DNA of 64,000 nucleotides, from assembly GCA_041651415.1 (NCBI GenBank), contig JBAZJH010000002.1:111075-175074 (forward strand), given 5' to 3'. This document shows, piece by piece, positions 9,612 to 19,322 of this stretch. Each line of letters begins with the position of its first letter. The first letter of the stretch is position 1. The notes under the pieces are model-generated. The model worked only from the letters and a program-made list of their open reading frames with translations. It ran no database searches and had not been told where the DNA came from. This stretch comes from Minisyncoccota bacterium. GTDB lineage: Bacteria; Patescibacteriota; Minisyncoccia; UBA6257; XYB1-36-10. The position numbers and the translations under genes are program-made.

Positions 9612-10976
9612 ATGGATCTCGAAAAGATTTGGGAAACAGTTTTGGCAGAAATGGAAATAAATATTTCTCACGCTAATTTTCATACTTGGCTAAAAAACAG
9701 CAAATTAATCAATAAAGACGAATCAGGAAACTTCGTGGTAGCTTTGCCAACTAATTTTTCCAAAGAGTGGGTGGAAAATAAATATCAAAAGAATATTTTA
9801 CATATTTTGAGAGATTTAGACAGCCAGGCCAAAAAAATAGATTTTGTGGTACAGGGAAATATATTTAATTCAAACCAAAATCAGAAAACTTCAAAGGGAA
9901 GTTTCAGCCCAATTCCAGCACAAATGGCTTTTCCAGAGTTTAAAGTGGACCCGGAAACAAATCTAAATCCAAAATACACTTTTCAAAATTTTATAGTCGG
10001 TTCATCAAATGAACTGGCTTTTGCCGCAGCGCAGGCAATAGTCAAAGAAGTGGGGTCAAAATATAATCCATTGTTTTTTTACGGGGGAGTGGGTTTGGGA
10101 AAAACCCATTTAATTCAAGCAATCGGCAATGAAATAATAAAAGATTATAAAAACAGTCTGAAAGTAAGATATGTGACTTCAGAAAAATTTACCAATGACG
10201 TGGTTTGGGCAATAAAAAACAAGAGAATGGAGGATATAAAGAAAAAATACAGAGATATAGACATTTTAATAATAGACGATATCCAGTTTATAAGCGGAAA
10301 AGAAAAAACACAGGAAGAATTTTTTCATACCTTTAATTCTTTATACGCTTTAAATAAACAAATAATCATATCTTCAGACAGACCACCGCATGCTTTACCA
10401 ACACTTCATGAAAGATTAAGGTCAAGGTTTGAAGGAGGAATGACGGTTGATATAATTCAACCCGATTATGAGATGAGAGTGGCGATAATAAGCACAAAAT
10501 TACAAGAGTGCAAACATGAATTACCCAATAAAATAATAGGGATAATAGCCGGAAAAGTAAGTGAAAATATAAGAGAAATAGAAGGTTTATTAAATAAACT
10601 TATTTTTATAAAGGAAAATAAAGGGGTAGAAATAGATGAAGGGATAATAAACGAGGTAATAAATAAAAATACGCAAGTAAATAAAAATATAAACCCGAAT
10701 AAAATAATAAAAGCAGTGGCAGATTTTTTTGAAATTTCCATAAATGAATTAATAGGAAAATCAAGAAAAAAAGAGATTGTGGAACCGAGACAAATAACAA
10801 TGTTTTTACTTCGAAACATATTAAACACATCTTTTCCTTTTATTGGGGATAAGATGGGGAAGAGAGACCACACAACTGTGATGCATGCCTGTGAAAAAAT
10901 AAACAAAGAAATGGAAAAAAATATCAATACCAGCCAGAAAGTTAATTTAATAAAAGAGTCGATATATAAAAGTTAA
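9612..10976 (+). CDS. dnaA: chromosomal replication initiator DnaA
   Basis: YNPLFFYGGVGLGKTHL, IDDIQF, QEEFFHTFN, RLRSRF, RDHTTVMHA. Confidence 0.98.
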   Translation: MDLEKIWETVLAEMEINISHANFHTWLKNSKLINKDESGNFVVALPTNFSKEWVENKYQKNILHILRDLDSQAKKIDFVVQGNIFNSNQNQKTSKGSFSPIPAQMAFPEFKVDPETNLNPKYTFQNFIVGSSNELAFAAAQAIVKEVGSKYNPLFFYGGVGLGKTHLIQAIGNEIIKDYKNSLKVRYVTSEKFTNDVVWAIKNKRMEDIKKKYRDIDILIIDDIQFISGKEKTQEEFFHTFNSLYALNKQIIISSDRPPHALPTLHERLRSRFEGGMTVDIIQPDYEMRVAIISTKLQECKHELPNKIIGIIAGKVSENIREIEGLLNKLIFIKENKGVEIDEGIINEVINKNTQVNKNINPNKIIKAVADFFEISINELIGKSRKKEIVEPRQITMFLLRNILNTSFPFIGDKMGKRDHTTVMHACEKINKEMEKNINTSQKVNLIKESIYKS

Positions 10977-10980
10977 GAGG

Positions 10981-11130
10981 TTATCCACTAGTTAAGAACA
11001 AAGTGATAATTTAAAAAGGCATTTAAAAAGAGGGTAAAAAAGACTTTTTAACTTTTTAAAGAATGCGTAATTATAACTACTAATTAATATAAATAATAAT
11101 AATTATATTAATTAATAAATTAAACATAAA
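10981..11130. other. dnaA-dnaN intergenic region with DnaA box-like site and AT-rich tract (oriC candidate)
   Basis: TTATCCACT at 10981 and an almost pure A/T stretch at about 11070-11130. Confidence 0.4.
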
Positions 11131-11132
11131 AA

Positions 11133-12242
11133 ATGAAAGTAATAGTAATAAGAGGAAATTTAAAGAAAGCTCTTGATTCAGTAGTAAGAGTGACAGGAGA
11201 AAATTCTAATTTACCTATTTTAAAAAATATTTTAATAAAGACTTCCGGAAGCGGATTGATTTTTTCTTCAACTAATTTAGAAATAGCCTTATCTTATAAA
11301 TTATCGGGAAAAGTGATTGAAAACGGCGAAATAACAGTGCCGGCGGCGATTTTTTCTTCAATAATAAATAATTTAAACAATGAAGTTATTAATTTAGATA
11401 TAATAGAAAAAAATAATTTAAGAATAAAAACCGATAATTACGAAGCGACGGTCAATACTTTACCCACAGAAGATTTTCCGATAATTCCGAGTATTTCCAA
11501 AGAAAATAACAGTTTTAAAATAGATGCCGAAAAAATAAAAGGATTTTTAGAACAAGTTTTAAGTTCCACGCAATTTTCAGATTTAAGGCCGGAAATAAAC
11601 GGAATTCTGTTTAATTTTGATGGGAATGTTTTAAAACTGGCTGGAACAGACAGTTTTAGACTTTCAGAAAAAACCATAACAAGCTCAGATTTTAATTCAG
11701 ATATAAAAGAGGGTTTTAAAGCAATTATTCCATTAAAAGCAATAATTGAGTTTTTAAAGGTTTTTCAAGAAGGAATAGTAGAATTTTATTTTGATAATAA
11801 CCAAGTTTTGTTTAAAAATGAGGAAGTAGAGATGGTTTCAAGATTGATAGACGGCGATTTTCCGGACTATGAACAAATTCTTCCAAAATCGGCCGAAATA
11901 GAAGCAGTGGCGGATAAAGAAGAAATGATAAACGCTTTAAAAGTGACAGGAATATTATCGGGAAAAGTTCATGATGTTTTGATAAAAATTAAAAAAGACA
12001 ATAAATATATAGAAATTTTTTCTTTAAATCAGGGAATTGGAGAAAATAAATATATAATTCCGGCAAAAATAAAAGGGGAGGATTTGGAAATTAATTTTAA
12101 TTGGCAATATTTGCTTAGCGGAATAAAATCTTTCAAGGGAGAAAAAATAATATTGGGATTTAACGGGAGCGACCGACCGACAATAATAAAATCAATAGAA
12201 GATGAAATGTATTTTTATATTTTAATGCCGGTAAAGAATTAG
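11133..12242 (+). CDS. dnaN: DNA polymerase III beta sliding clamp
   Basis: LPILKNILI, GTDSFRL, SRLIDGDFPDY, LMPV C-terminus; follows dnaA. Confidence 0.97.
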   Translation: MKVIVIRGNLKKALDSVVRVTGENSNLPILKNILIKTSGSGLIFSSTNLEIALSYKLSGKVIENGEITVPAAIFSSIINNLNNEVINLDIIEKNNLRIKTDNYEATVNTLPTEDFPIIPSISKENNSFKIDAEKIKGFLEQVLSSTQFSDLRPEINGILFNFDGNVLKLAGTDSFRLSEKTITSSDFNSDIKEGFKAIIPLKAIIEFLKVFQEGIVEFYFDNNQVLFKNEEVEMVSRLIDGDFPDYEQILPKSAEIEAVADKEEMINALKVTGILSGKVHDVLIKIKKDNKYIEIFSLNQGIGENKYIIPAKIKGEDLEINFNWQYLLSGIKSFKGEKIILGFNGSDRPTIIKSIEDEMYFYILMPVKN

Positions 12243-12465
12243 TTTATCAGTTTACTTGTTAATTTATTTTAATTTATTAAAAGTTATGGATTTAAGCGAT
12301 ATTCTGACATATTAAAACAGCGGCCGGAAGAGCTTGACAATAACTTTCCATATAATATACTTCAACCCATTGGAATTTTTGTTGCAATAAATAAAACTTC
12401 CAAAAAGATAAATTTTAAACAAAAGGTCGTTTTATAACCTGTTTAAAAACGGGAAAATAAAAAAA

Positions 12466-12600
12466 ATGGAATTAGAAGTTAAAACGATTCTTAATCAAGA
12501 GGAGGATGAAGATGAAACAGTGGAATTAGACGAAGAAGAAAATTTGGATGAAGAAGATGAAGGGGAAGAAGATGATGACGATGACACAAACGAAGAATAA
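12466..12600 (+). CDS. 44-aa highly acidic peptide (not in ORF track)
   Basis: MELEVKTILNQEEDEDETVELDEEENLDEEDEGEEDDDDDTNEE*; TTGACA at 12334 upstream and terminator hairpin at about 12630-12665. Confidence 0.65.
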   Translation: MELEVKTILNQEEDEDETVELDEEENLDEEDEGEEDDDDDTNEE

Positions 12601-12687
12601 ACAATTTACTTAATTAATTTTGAAATTTAAAATATCCTGCCTTTAAACAATAGGCAGGATATTTTATAATGTTCTAAACAAGAATAA

Positions 12688-14799
12688 ATGAAAAACTTTC
12701 TTTTCTTTTCTTTTTTAATAATACTTTTCGTTTTTTCGGTGGCTTTTATTTACGCTTCTTATTTGGCTTTAAAAATTCCCGATTTTGAAGAAATAGAAAA
12801 CAGAAAAATCAGCCAATCAACGAAAATATATGACCGAAGCGGAGAAACAATGCTTTATGAAGTGCATGGAGAAGAAAAGAGAACCATAATTCCTTTTGAA
12901 AAAATTCCGGAGAATGTAAAAAAGGCCACAATTGCGGCGGAAGATAAAAATTTTTATACGCATATGGCTTTTGATTGGAAAGCAATTTTAAGGTCAGCTT
13001 TTATAGATTTGTTTTATAACAAAAGAGTGGGAGGGTCGACAATAACGCAGCAACTCGCAAAAAATTCATTTTTATCTTCCGATAAAATTTTAACCAGAAA
13101 GGTGAAAGAGCTTTTTTTAGCGATTAAACTGGAAAAAAGATACAATAAAGACGAGATACTTTCTTTTTATTTAAACCAGATTCCGTATGGCGGAAATGCT
13201 TATGGAATTCAAGCGGCGGCGCAGACTTATTTTAATAAAAATGTTTCCGATTTAACTTTGGCGGAAACGGCAACTCTTGCGGCATTGCCGCAGGCGCCGT
13301 CTTTTTATTCGCCATACGGAGCGCATGTGGAAGATTTAAAAGAGAGAACCAGTTATGTGTTAGGGCAGATGAAAGACATCGGGTATATAACAGAAGAAGA
13401 AAAGAAAGCGGCGGAAGAAGAAAAATTGGTTTTTGCGCCGCAATCAAAATCTATCAAAGCGCCTCATTTTACAATGATGGTGATGGAATATTTAAGAGAA
13501 AAATACGGAGAGGATATGATTGAAACCGGAGGACTTCGAGTAACCACGACTTTAGACGAAAAATTACAGAAGATAGCGGAAGAAGAAGTGGAAAAGGGGG
13601 CGGCAAACAACGCGGAGCTTTATAAAGGGAAAAATATGGCCTTAGTGGCGCAGGACGCAAAGACAGGACAGATACTTGCTTTAGTCGGTTCAGCTAATTA
13701 TTTTGACGTGGAAAATGAAGGAAATTTTAATGTGGCTTACCAGGGACTAAGACAGCCTGGGTCGGCTTTCAAGCCGTTCGCTTATATCGAAGCTTTTAAA
13801 AAAGGATATACGCCGGAAACGGTTTTATTTGACGTGCCAACGGAATTTACAGCGGATAATCCAAATTGCCCGATAAGAGAAGAAGAATTCAACAGTGAAA
13901 ACGAAAAGTGCTATCACCCGCACAATTTCGACGGAGTATTCAGGGGTCCGGTCAATTTAAGAAACGCTTTAGCACAATCGATAAACGTGCCGGCAGTAAA
14001 GACTTTATATTTGGCAGGCATAGAAGACACTTTAAAATTGGCGGAAAGTTTTGGAATAAGCACGCTTTCTGATAGAAGCCGATTCGGATTATCTTTAGTT
14101 TTGGGAGGCGGAGAAGTAAAACTGACAGAACTGGTTAACGCTTACGCAGTTTTTGCGCAAGACGGGGAAAAACATAAACAAGCGATTATATTAAAAGTTG
14201 AAGATAGCAATGGAAAAATTATAGAAGAATATAGAGACGAGAAAGAAAAGGCGGTTGAGGAACAATATGCCAGAATGATAAATGATGTTTTATCGGATGC
14301 GGAAGCAAGAGCGGGACTTTTTCAAGGAAGCTTAAATTTAACAATTTTTCCGGAGCATGAAGTGGCAATGAAAACCGGAACGACAAACGATTATGTCGAC
14401 GCGTGGACAATGGGATATACGCCGTCACTTGTCGTTGGAGTATGGGCGGGAAATAACAGAAGGGAGCCGATGGAAAAACAAGGAGGTTCGATTTTAGCGG
14501 CTATGCCAACCTGGAGCGCTTTTTTGAGAAGAGCTTTGGAAAATTATGAACCGGAAACATTCAATAAACCGGAACAGGTTATTCGGGAAAAACCGATTTT
14601 AAGAGGAGATTATCTAAATAATAAACAAATCCATTCAATACTTTATTATGTCGACAAAGACAACCCATTAGGATTAAATCCGGTATATCCAGCCGGAGAC
14701 CCGCAGTTCCAAAATTGGGAAGGGCCAGTGATCGAGTGGGCAAAAAAGAACATTCCTGATTTTGCAACTTATAATTTGGGAATCGGGACAACAAATTAA
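12688..14799 (+). CDS. class A penicillin-binding protein (PBP1A family)
   Basis: EDKNFY and GGSTITQQLAKN transglycosylase motifs; QPGSAFKPF (SxxK), SIN (SxN), KTGT transpeptidase motifs. Confidence 0.95.
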   Translation: MKNFLFFSFLIILFVFSVAFIYASYLALKIPDFEEIENRKISQSTKIYDRSGETMLYEVHGEEKRTIIPFEKIPENVKKATIAAEDKNFYTHMAFDWKAILRSAFIDLFYNKRVGGSTITQQLAKNSFLSSDKILTRKVKELFLAIKLEKRYNKDEILSFYLNQIPYGGNAYGIQAAAQTYFNKNVSDLTLAETATLAALPQAPSFYSPYGAHVEDLKERTSYVLGQMKDIGYITEEEKKAAEEEKLVFAPQSKSIKAPHFTMMVMEYLREKYGEDMIETGGLRVTTTLDEKLQKIAEEEVEKGAANNAELYKGKNMALVAQDAKTGQILALVGSANYFDVENEGNFNVAYQGLRQPGSAFKPFAYIEAFKKGYTPETVLFDVPTEFTADNPNCPIREEEFNSENEKCYHPHNFDGVFRGPVNLRNALAQSINVPAVKTLYLAGIEDTLKLAESFGISTLSDRSRFGLSLVLGGGEVKLTELVNAYAVFAQDGEKHKQAIILKVEDSNGKIIEEYRDEKEKAVEEQYARMINDVLSDAEARAGLFQGSLNLTIFPEHEVAMKTGTTNDYVDAWTMGYTPSLVVGVWAGNNRREPMEKQGGSILAAMPTWSAFLRRALENYEPETFNKPEQVIREKPILRGDYLNNKQIHSILYYVDKDNPLGLNPVYPAGDPQFQNWEGPVIEWAKKNIPDFATYNLGIGTTN

Positions 14800-15260
14800 A
14801 AACGAGAATTGGCGGCGAGGATAGCGGCGGCCAGGGCGTCGGAAATATCATCGACGCCTTTTATTTTTTTATTGAGAATCAGCTCAACCGTTTTTTGAAC
14901 TTCTTTTTTATCGGCGCGTCCGGAGCCGGTAAGACAACTTTTTATTTCAGTGGGGGAAAATTCCAGAAAGGGAACAGAGTTGTTTTTTAAAGTTAAAATA
15001 AGCACGCCGCGGGCTTCCGCAACCTGTAAACCGGTTTTTTTGTTTTTCATAAAAAAAAGTTTTTCAATCGAGGCTAAGCCGGGCTTAAATTCTTTGATTA
15101 TTTTTTCCAAGTCCTTGGAAATTTCAGAAAGAATTTCCGATTCGTTTTCCGAAAACGATTTCAAAATACCGCCGGCGAGAAAAGATAATCTGCCTCCTTC
15201 TTTATTGACGAGGCCAAAGCCGGCTCTTTTTGTTCCCGGGTCGAGGCCTAAAATAATCAT
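14796..15260 (-). CDS. ruvC: Holliday junction resolvase RuvC
   Basis: ILGLDPG, IEKLFF, EARGV, GSGRADK, DDISDALA. Confidence 0.95.
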   Translation of the reverse strand: MIILGLDPGTKRAGFGLVNKEGGRLSFLAGGILKSFSENESEILSEISKDLEKIIKEFKPGLASIEKLFFMKNKKTGLQVAEARGVLILTLKNNSVPFLEFSPTEIKSCLTGSGRADKKEVQKTVELILNKKIKGVDDISDALAAAILAANSRF

Positions 15261-15263
15261 CAG

Positions 15264-15800
15264 TTAAAAATTGACGTTAGTATAAACGTTTTCAACATCG
15301 TCATGGTCTTCAAGAGAAGAAATTATTGTTTTAAGCTTTTCTAAATTTTCAGAACTTATAGATTGAGGAAATTTTGAAGACCAAGTTTTGGTTTCTATGT
15401 TTTGTTCGAAAGCCCAAAGAACGCTGCCAGGGCTGGCAAATTTAGCATCAAGTTTAGTTAAAATAGTTTTTATTTCAGAAATAGTCCGATTTTTATTGTC
15501 AGTGATGGCGGTAATTAAAAGAGCGGAACCTTCTGGGCCATAGGCTTCAAGAACAACATCTTCAAGATTATTTCCGGCTTCTTTAACTTTTTTTATAGCG
15601 CGTTCAATATTGTCCAGAGGAACATTAGAGGCGCGAGCTTTTTCCACGACGGCGCGAAGACGGGGATTAAAATCGGGATTCGGCTCGTCTTTAGCGGCAA
15701 TAGTTACGGCTTTTAAAAGTTTGCCAAAAAGAGCGCCTTTCTTTTTATTATCGCCTTCTTTTTTTCTGGCGACGTTTTTTGCGTGGGAATGACCGGACAT
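15264..15800 (-). CDS. yebC: YebC/PmpR family protein (short form)
   Basis: MSGHSH, NPRLR, EAYGPEG, TDNKNRT, DDVENVYTN; adjacent to ruvC. Confidence 0.92.
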   Translation of the reverse strand: MSGHSHAKNVARKKEGDNKKKGALFGKLLKAVTIAAKDEPNPDFNPRLRAVVEKARASNVPLDNIERAIKKVKEAGNNLEDVVLEAYGPEGSALLITAITDNKNRTISEIKTILTKLDAKFASPGSVLWAFEQNIETKTWSSKFPQSISSENLEKLKTIISSLEDHDDVENVYTNVNF

Positions 15801-15896
15801 ATAAAATTTAAATGAGAAATAACTAATTTTTAATGACTAAAAATCGTTTATGAGAAGATTTTAGCTTAAAATTTTAAAAATTCCAAGTTTTAAAAA

Positions 15897-16023
15897 ATGA
15901 AACTCCACGGCTTTACGGCCGTAGAATCTTAAAGTTTCACCCCGCCTACGACGGGGTTTTATTAAATCTTTATCATTTCAACTCCCGCGCTAATGCACGG
16001 GGTTTTCGTGGAGATTTAATAAA
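15897..16023 (+). repeat. family A three-hairpin repeat, copy 1
   Basis: CACGGC..GCCGT, ACCCCG..CGGGGT and TTATTAAATCT..AGATTTAATAA hairpins; homologous to 4 other copies. Confidence 0.85.
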
Positions 16024-16147
16024 AAAAAATTTTGACTGGTTTGTAAAAAAGATTTTTTGCCAGTTTTTTATTGACTTTGAGTTTTGAAAGAGAGATACTG
16101 TTTAGGAAAAGTTAATAAAAAGGATAAATTATTCATAAAAATCCAAG

Positions 16148-17833
16148 ATGCTCAACAATTCCACATATGTTAAGCAGAAGTTAGTCCGCTTTAATTCGGA
16201 AGCGGAGGAGCGAGACGCGGAAAGAAGGGCAGTAAGACAAAAAAAACAGCATCTTGATTTAGTAACGACACCAATTGAAATAGACGCCCTTAGTTTAATA
16301 CCAGAAGAAAGAGCAAAAGAGCTCGAGATGGCCGCCATAAATCTAATTAACCAGGATTTAATTGTGGCGGCTTTTGATTTTGAGAGGGAAGGCATTAAAG
16401 AAGAAATAAAAAAACTGGAAGAACGAGGATTTAAAATAAGGCCGGTCATAGTTTCGAAAGCAAGCTTGAGGCATGCTTTCAGTTTTTACCGCTTTGTTTC
16501 AAAAAAACAGGAAGAAATAACGGGGAGAGTTTTAATCTCCGGAGAAAAAATAAAAAAATTTGAAAAGGAACTCGGAACAATTCAGCTTATAAAGAAAGAA
16601 ATAGAATCGATAAATTTCAATAAAGTCACAGTTTCCGATTTTTTGGAGCTTGTTTTGGGAGGGGCGCTTTCAATCGAAGCTTCCGACATTCATTTTGAAC
16701 CGATAAGAGAAGCGGGGGTTTTAAGATATAGAATAGACGGAGTTTTGAATGAAATAACAGAAGGAGTGGAAAGAAACTTTTATAAAAAAATTGTTTCGAG
16801 AATAAAATTATTAGCGGGATTAAAAATGAACGTGACGGATGAAACGCAGGACGGAAGATTCACTATTTCCTTAGAAGGCAAAGACGTGGAAGTGAGAGTA
16901 GCGATAGCGCCGGCGGAGTTTGGAGAAGTGGCGGTTTTAAGAGTGCTTGACCCGAAAGCAATAAGTTTAGGGTTGGCGGAATTGGGATTTTTTGAAAGCG
17001 ATTTAAAAATAATAAAGGAAGAGTTAAAACGGCCAAACGGAATGATTTTAAACACCGGGCCGACCGGAAGCGGAAAAACAACAACGCTTTACGCTTTTTT
17101 AAAAGAGAAAGCGACAAAGGAAATAAAGGTGATAACAATTGAAGACCCGATTGAATATCATTTAGCCGGAATAGAACAGACGCAAGTGAATGAAGAGGCG
17201 GGATACACTTTTGCCGAAGGATTAAAATCGGCATTGCGGCAAGACCCGGACGTGATATTGGTCGGCGAGGTAAGAGATGAGGACACGGCGAGGACGGCAG
17301 TTGATTCGGCTCTGACCGGGCATTTGGTTTTTTCAACTTTACACACTAATGATTCGGCGGGGGCGATACCAAGACTGATTGATTTGGGAGTCAAAGAAAA
17401 CATAATCGGGTCGGCTTTAAATCTAGTGATCGCGCAAAGATTAGTGAGAAGAATTTGTTCAAATTGCAAAATAGCGGAAAAAGCCGGTTTGGAATTTCAG
17501 GAAAAAGCAAAAAAGTTTTTAGAGAAACTGCCGGAGAGAGCCGGAAAGGAAAATTTTTTAAAAGATTTGAAAGCATATAAAGCAAAAGAAGGCGGATGCG
17601 AAAAATGCAACGGAACCGGATATAAAGGGAGAGTGGGGCTTTATGAGCTTTTTCAAGTAAATGACGAAGTGCAGGAAGCGATTGAAAAGAAAAACTCGGT
17701 TTTAGAAATAAAAGAAATGGCCAGAAAACAAGGAATGATAACGATGCAAGAAGACGGAGTGTTGAAGGCGCTACTTGGAATCACGAGTTTGGAAGAGGTG
17801 GAAGCAGCGACTGGAGTGATAGAAGAACTTTAA
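16148..17833 (+). CDS. pilB: GspE/PilB family type IV pilus assembly ATPase
   Basis: ASDIHFEP, QDGRF, GPTGSGKTTTLY, TIEDPIEY, LRQDPDVILVGEVRD, two CxxC pairs. Confidence 0.9.
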   Translation: MLNNSTYVKQKLVRFNSEAEERDAERRAVRQKKQHLDLVTTPIEIDALSLIPEERAKELEMAAINLINQDLIVAAFDFEREGIKEEIKKLEERGFKIRPVIVSKASLRHAFSFYRFVSKKQEEITGRVLISGEKIKKFEKELGTIQLIKKEIESINFNKVTVSDFLELVLGGALSIEASDIHFEPIREAGVLRYRIDGVLNEITEGVERNFYKKIVSRIKLLAGLKMNVTDETQDGRFTISLEGKDVEVRVAIAPAEFGEVAVLRVLDPKAISLGLAELGFFESDLKIIKEELKRPNGMILNTGPTGSGKTTTLYAFLKEKATKEIKVITIEDPIEYHLAGIEQTQVNEEAGYTFAEGLKSALRQDPDVILVGEVRDEDTARTAVDSALTGHLVFSTLHTNDSAGAIPRLIDLGVKENIIGSALNLVIAQRLVRRICSNCKIAEKAGLEFQEKAKKFLEKLPERAGKENFLKDLKAYKAKEGGCEKCNGTGYKGRVGLYELFQVNDEVQEAIEKKNSVLEIKEMARKQGMITMQEDGVLKALLGITSLEEVEAATGVIEEL

Positions 17834-17877
17834 AATTTTCAGAAAAAAAGAATTTTCAGCTGTTTGAAAAGTTCTTT

Positions 17878-18041
17878 AAAAACAAAAAAGCTTGGATCTG
17901 TGGGCGAAAACTCTTTTAAGAGTTTAAAAAATCTTCGTGAAGGAAGAGGTTAAAACGCTCCTGAGGTAAGAACCAGCTAAAAGCCAATTCTCCCTTGGCG
18001 TCGGAGGGTTCCTGCCCACAGATCCAAACTTTTTCAAAATC
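17878..18041 (-). ncRNA. putative stand-alone structured ncRNA (6S-like or novel)
   Basis: Minus-strand promoter TTGACT-17-TATAAT; 14-bp closing stem 17892-17905/18014-18027; U-run at the 3' end. Confidence 0.55.
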
Positions 18042-18047
18042 TTGACT

Positions 18048-18076
18048 ATTATAGCATACAATAAGAACGGAGTCAA
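18048..18076 (-). promoter_or_regulatory. near-consensus sigma70 promoter with extended -10
   Basis: TTGACT-17bp-TATAAT with TGn directly before the -10 on the minus strand. Confidence 0.75.
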
Positions 18077-18157
18077 GAAAGGGAAAAAAAGGGTTTTTTG
18101 GCTTGCTTTTAAAAAAATGGCTTTGTGGCGGATATTTTTTGTTATATGATAAGGGCA

Positions 18158-19219
18158 ATGGGAAAGGATAAATTTGAAGAAAAAGACATAAATTTAGGAA
18201 AAGACGGGAAAAGCCAAGAAAATGGGGGAGATTTTTCCACTTTTGACCAAGCGCTTCGGCCGACAGATTGGGACGGATATGTAGGACAAGAAAAAATAAA
18301 AGATAATTTAAAAATAATAATAGAGGCGGCAAAAGGAAGAGAGGAACCAGTCGACCATCTGCTTTTTTACGGGCAGGCGGGGTTGGGAAAAACGACTCTC
18401 GCGGGGCTTGTGGCAAGCGAGATGGGAAGAGGAATAAAAATAACTTCAGGGCCGACTCTAAAAAAAGTGGGAGATTTAGCGGCGATTGTTTCTAATTTGG
18501 AGCCGGGGGAAGTTCTGTTTATAGACGAAGCGCATCGGTTAAACAGAATGGTGGAAGAATTTTTGTATCCGGCGATGGAGAGCAGAAAACTGCATTTGAT
18601 AATCGGAAAAGGGCCGGGAGCGAGGACTTTGTCTTTGGATTTACCGCCATTTACAATTGTGGCGGCGACAACAAGGGCGGATTTGTTATCAAGCCCGCTT
18701 CGGTCAAGATTCGGAGCTTCTTTTAAGCTGGATTATTATTCGGTCGCCGATATTGAAAAGATTTTAAAGCGGTCGGCAAGACTGCTTAATGTGGAAATAG
18801 AGGAAGGAGGTATAGAGGTTTTAGCGAGAGCGGCAAGAGCAACGCCGAGAATCGCCAACAGATTGTTAAAGCGGGCGAGAGATTACGCCGAGGTGAGGAG
18901 AAATGGAAAAATAACAAGGGAAACAGCAGAGGAGACATTAAAACTCCTAGAGGTGGACGTTTTGGGGCTTGAGCCGCATGACAGGAGATTACTTGAAGTG
19001 ATAATAGAGAAGTTCAGGGGCGGGCCGGTAGGGATAGAAACTTTAGCAGCGGCATTAAATGAAGAGAGAGGAGTGATTGAAGAAGTGCATGAGCCGTATC
19101 TTATGAGCGTGGGATTTTTGCAAAGGACACCGGCAGGGAGAACCGTGACGGAGGCGGCGTATAAGCATTTAGGAATAAAAACCAGAGAACAAAAACTTTT
19201 AGACGAGTCAGGATTTTAG
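18158..19219 (+). CDS. ruvB: Holliday junction branch migration helicase RuvB
   Basis: LRP...YVGQ, GQAGLGKTTLA, TSGP, FIDEAHRL, LRSRFG, TPRIANRLL, EPYL. Confidence 0.97.
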   Translation: MGKDKFEEKDINLGKDGKSQENGGDFSTFDQALRPTDWDGYVGQEKIKDNLKIIIEAAKGREEPVDHLLFYGQAGLGKTTLAGLVASEMGRGIKITSGPTLKKVGDLAAIVSNLEPGEVLFIDEAHRLNRMVEEFLYPAMESRKLHLIIGKGPGARTLSLDLPPFTIVAATTRADLLSSPLRSRFGASFKLDYYSVADIEKILKRSARLLNVEIEEGGIEVLARAARATPRIANRLLKRARDYAEVRRNGKITRETAEETLKLLEVDVLGLEPHDRRLLEVIIEKFRGGPVGIETLAAALNEERGVIEEVHEPYLMSVGFLQRTPAGRTVTEAAYKHLGIKTREQKLLDESGF

Positions 19220-19322
19220 AAAACTTTATGACTTAAATGTTTATTTTTAGGAAATAAATATATTAAGAAAGGTGATCTAAAAAAAATTGCGAAAAAGATG
19301 AGAAGATGTTATTTTAATATTT

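Noticed and set aside
17878-18041. SRP RNA or RNase P RNA
   Set aside because: No SRP domain IV CAGG/GNRA/AGCA motif and no RNase P GAGGAAAGUCC or 3' P4 strand found
17916-18416. 166-aa minus-strand ORF
   Set aside because: Antisense to ruvB, low-complexity F/L/P composition, runs through the ncRNA promoter
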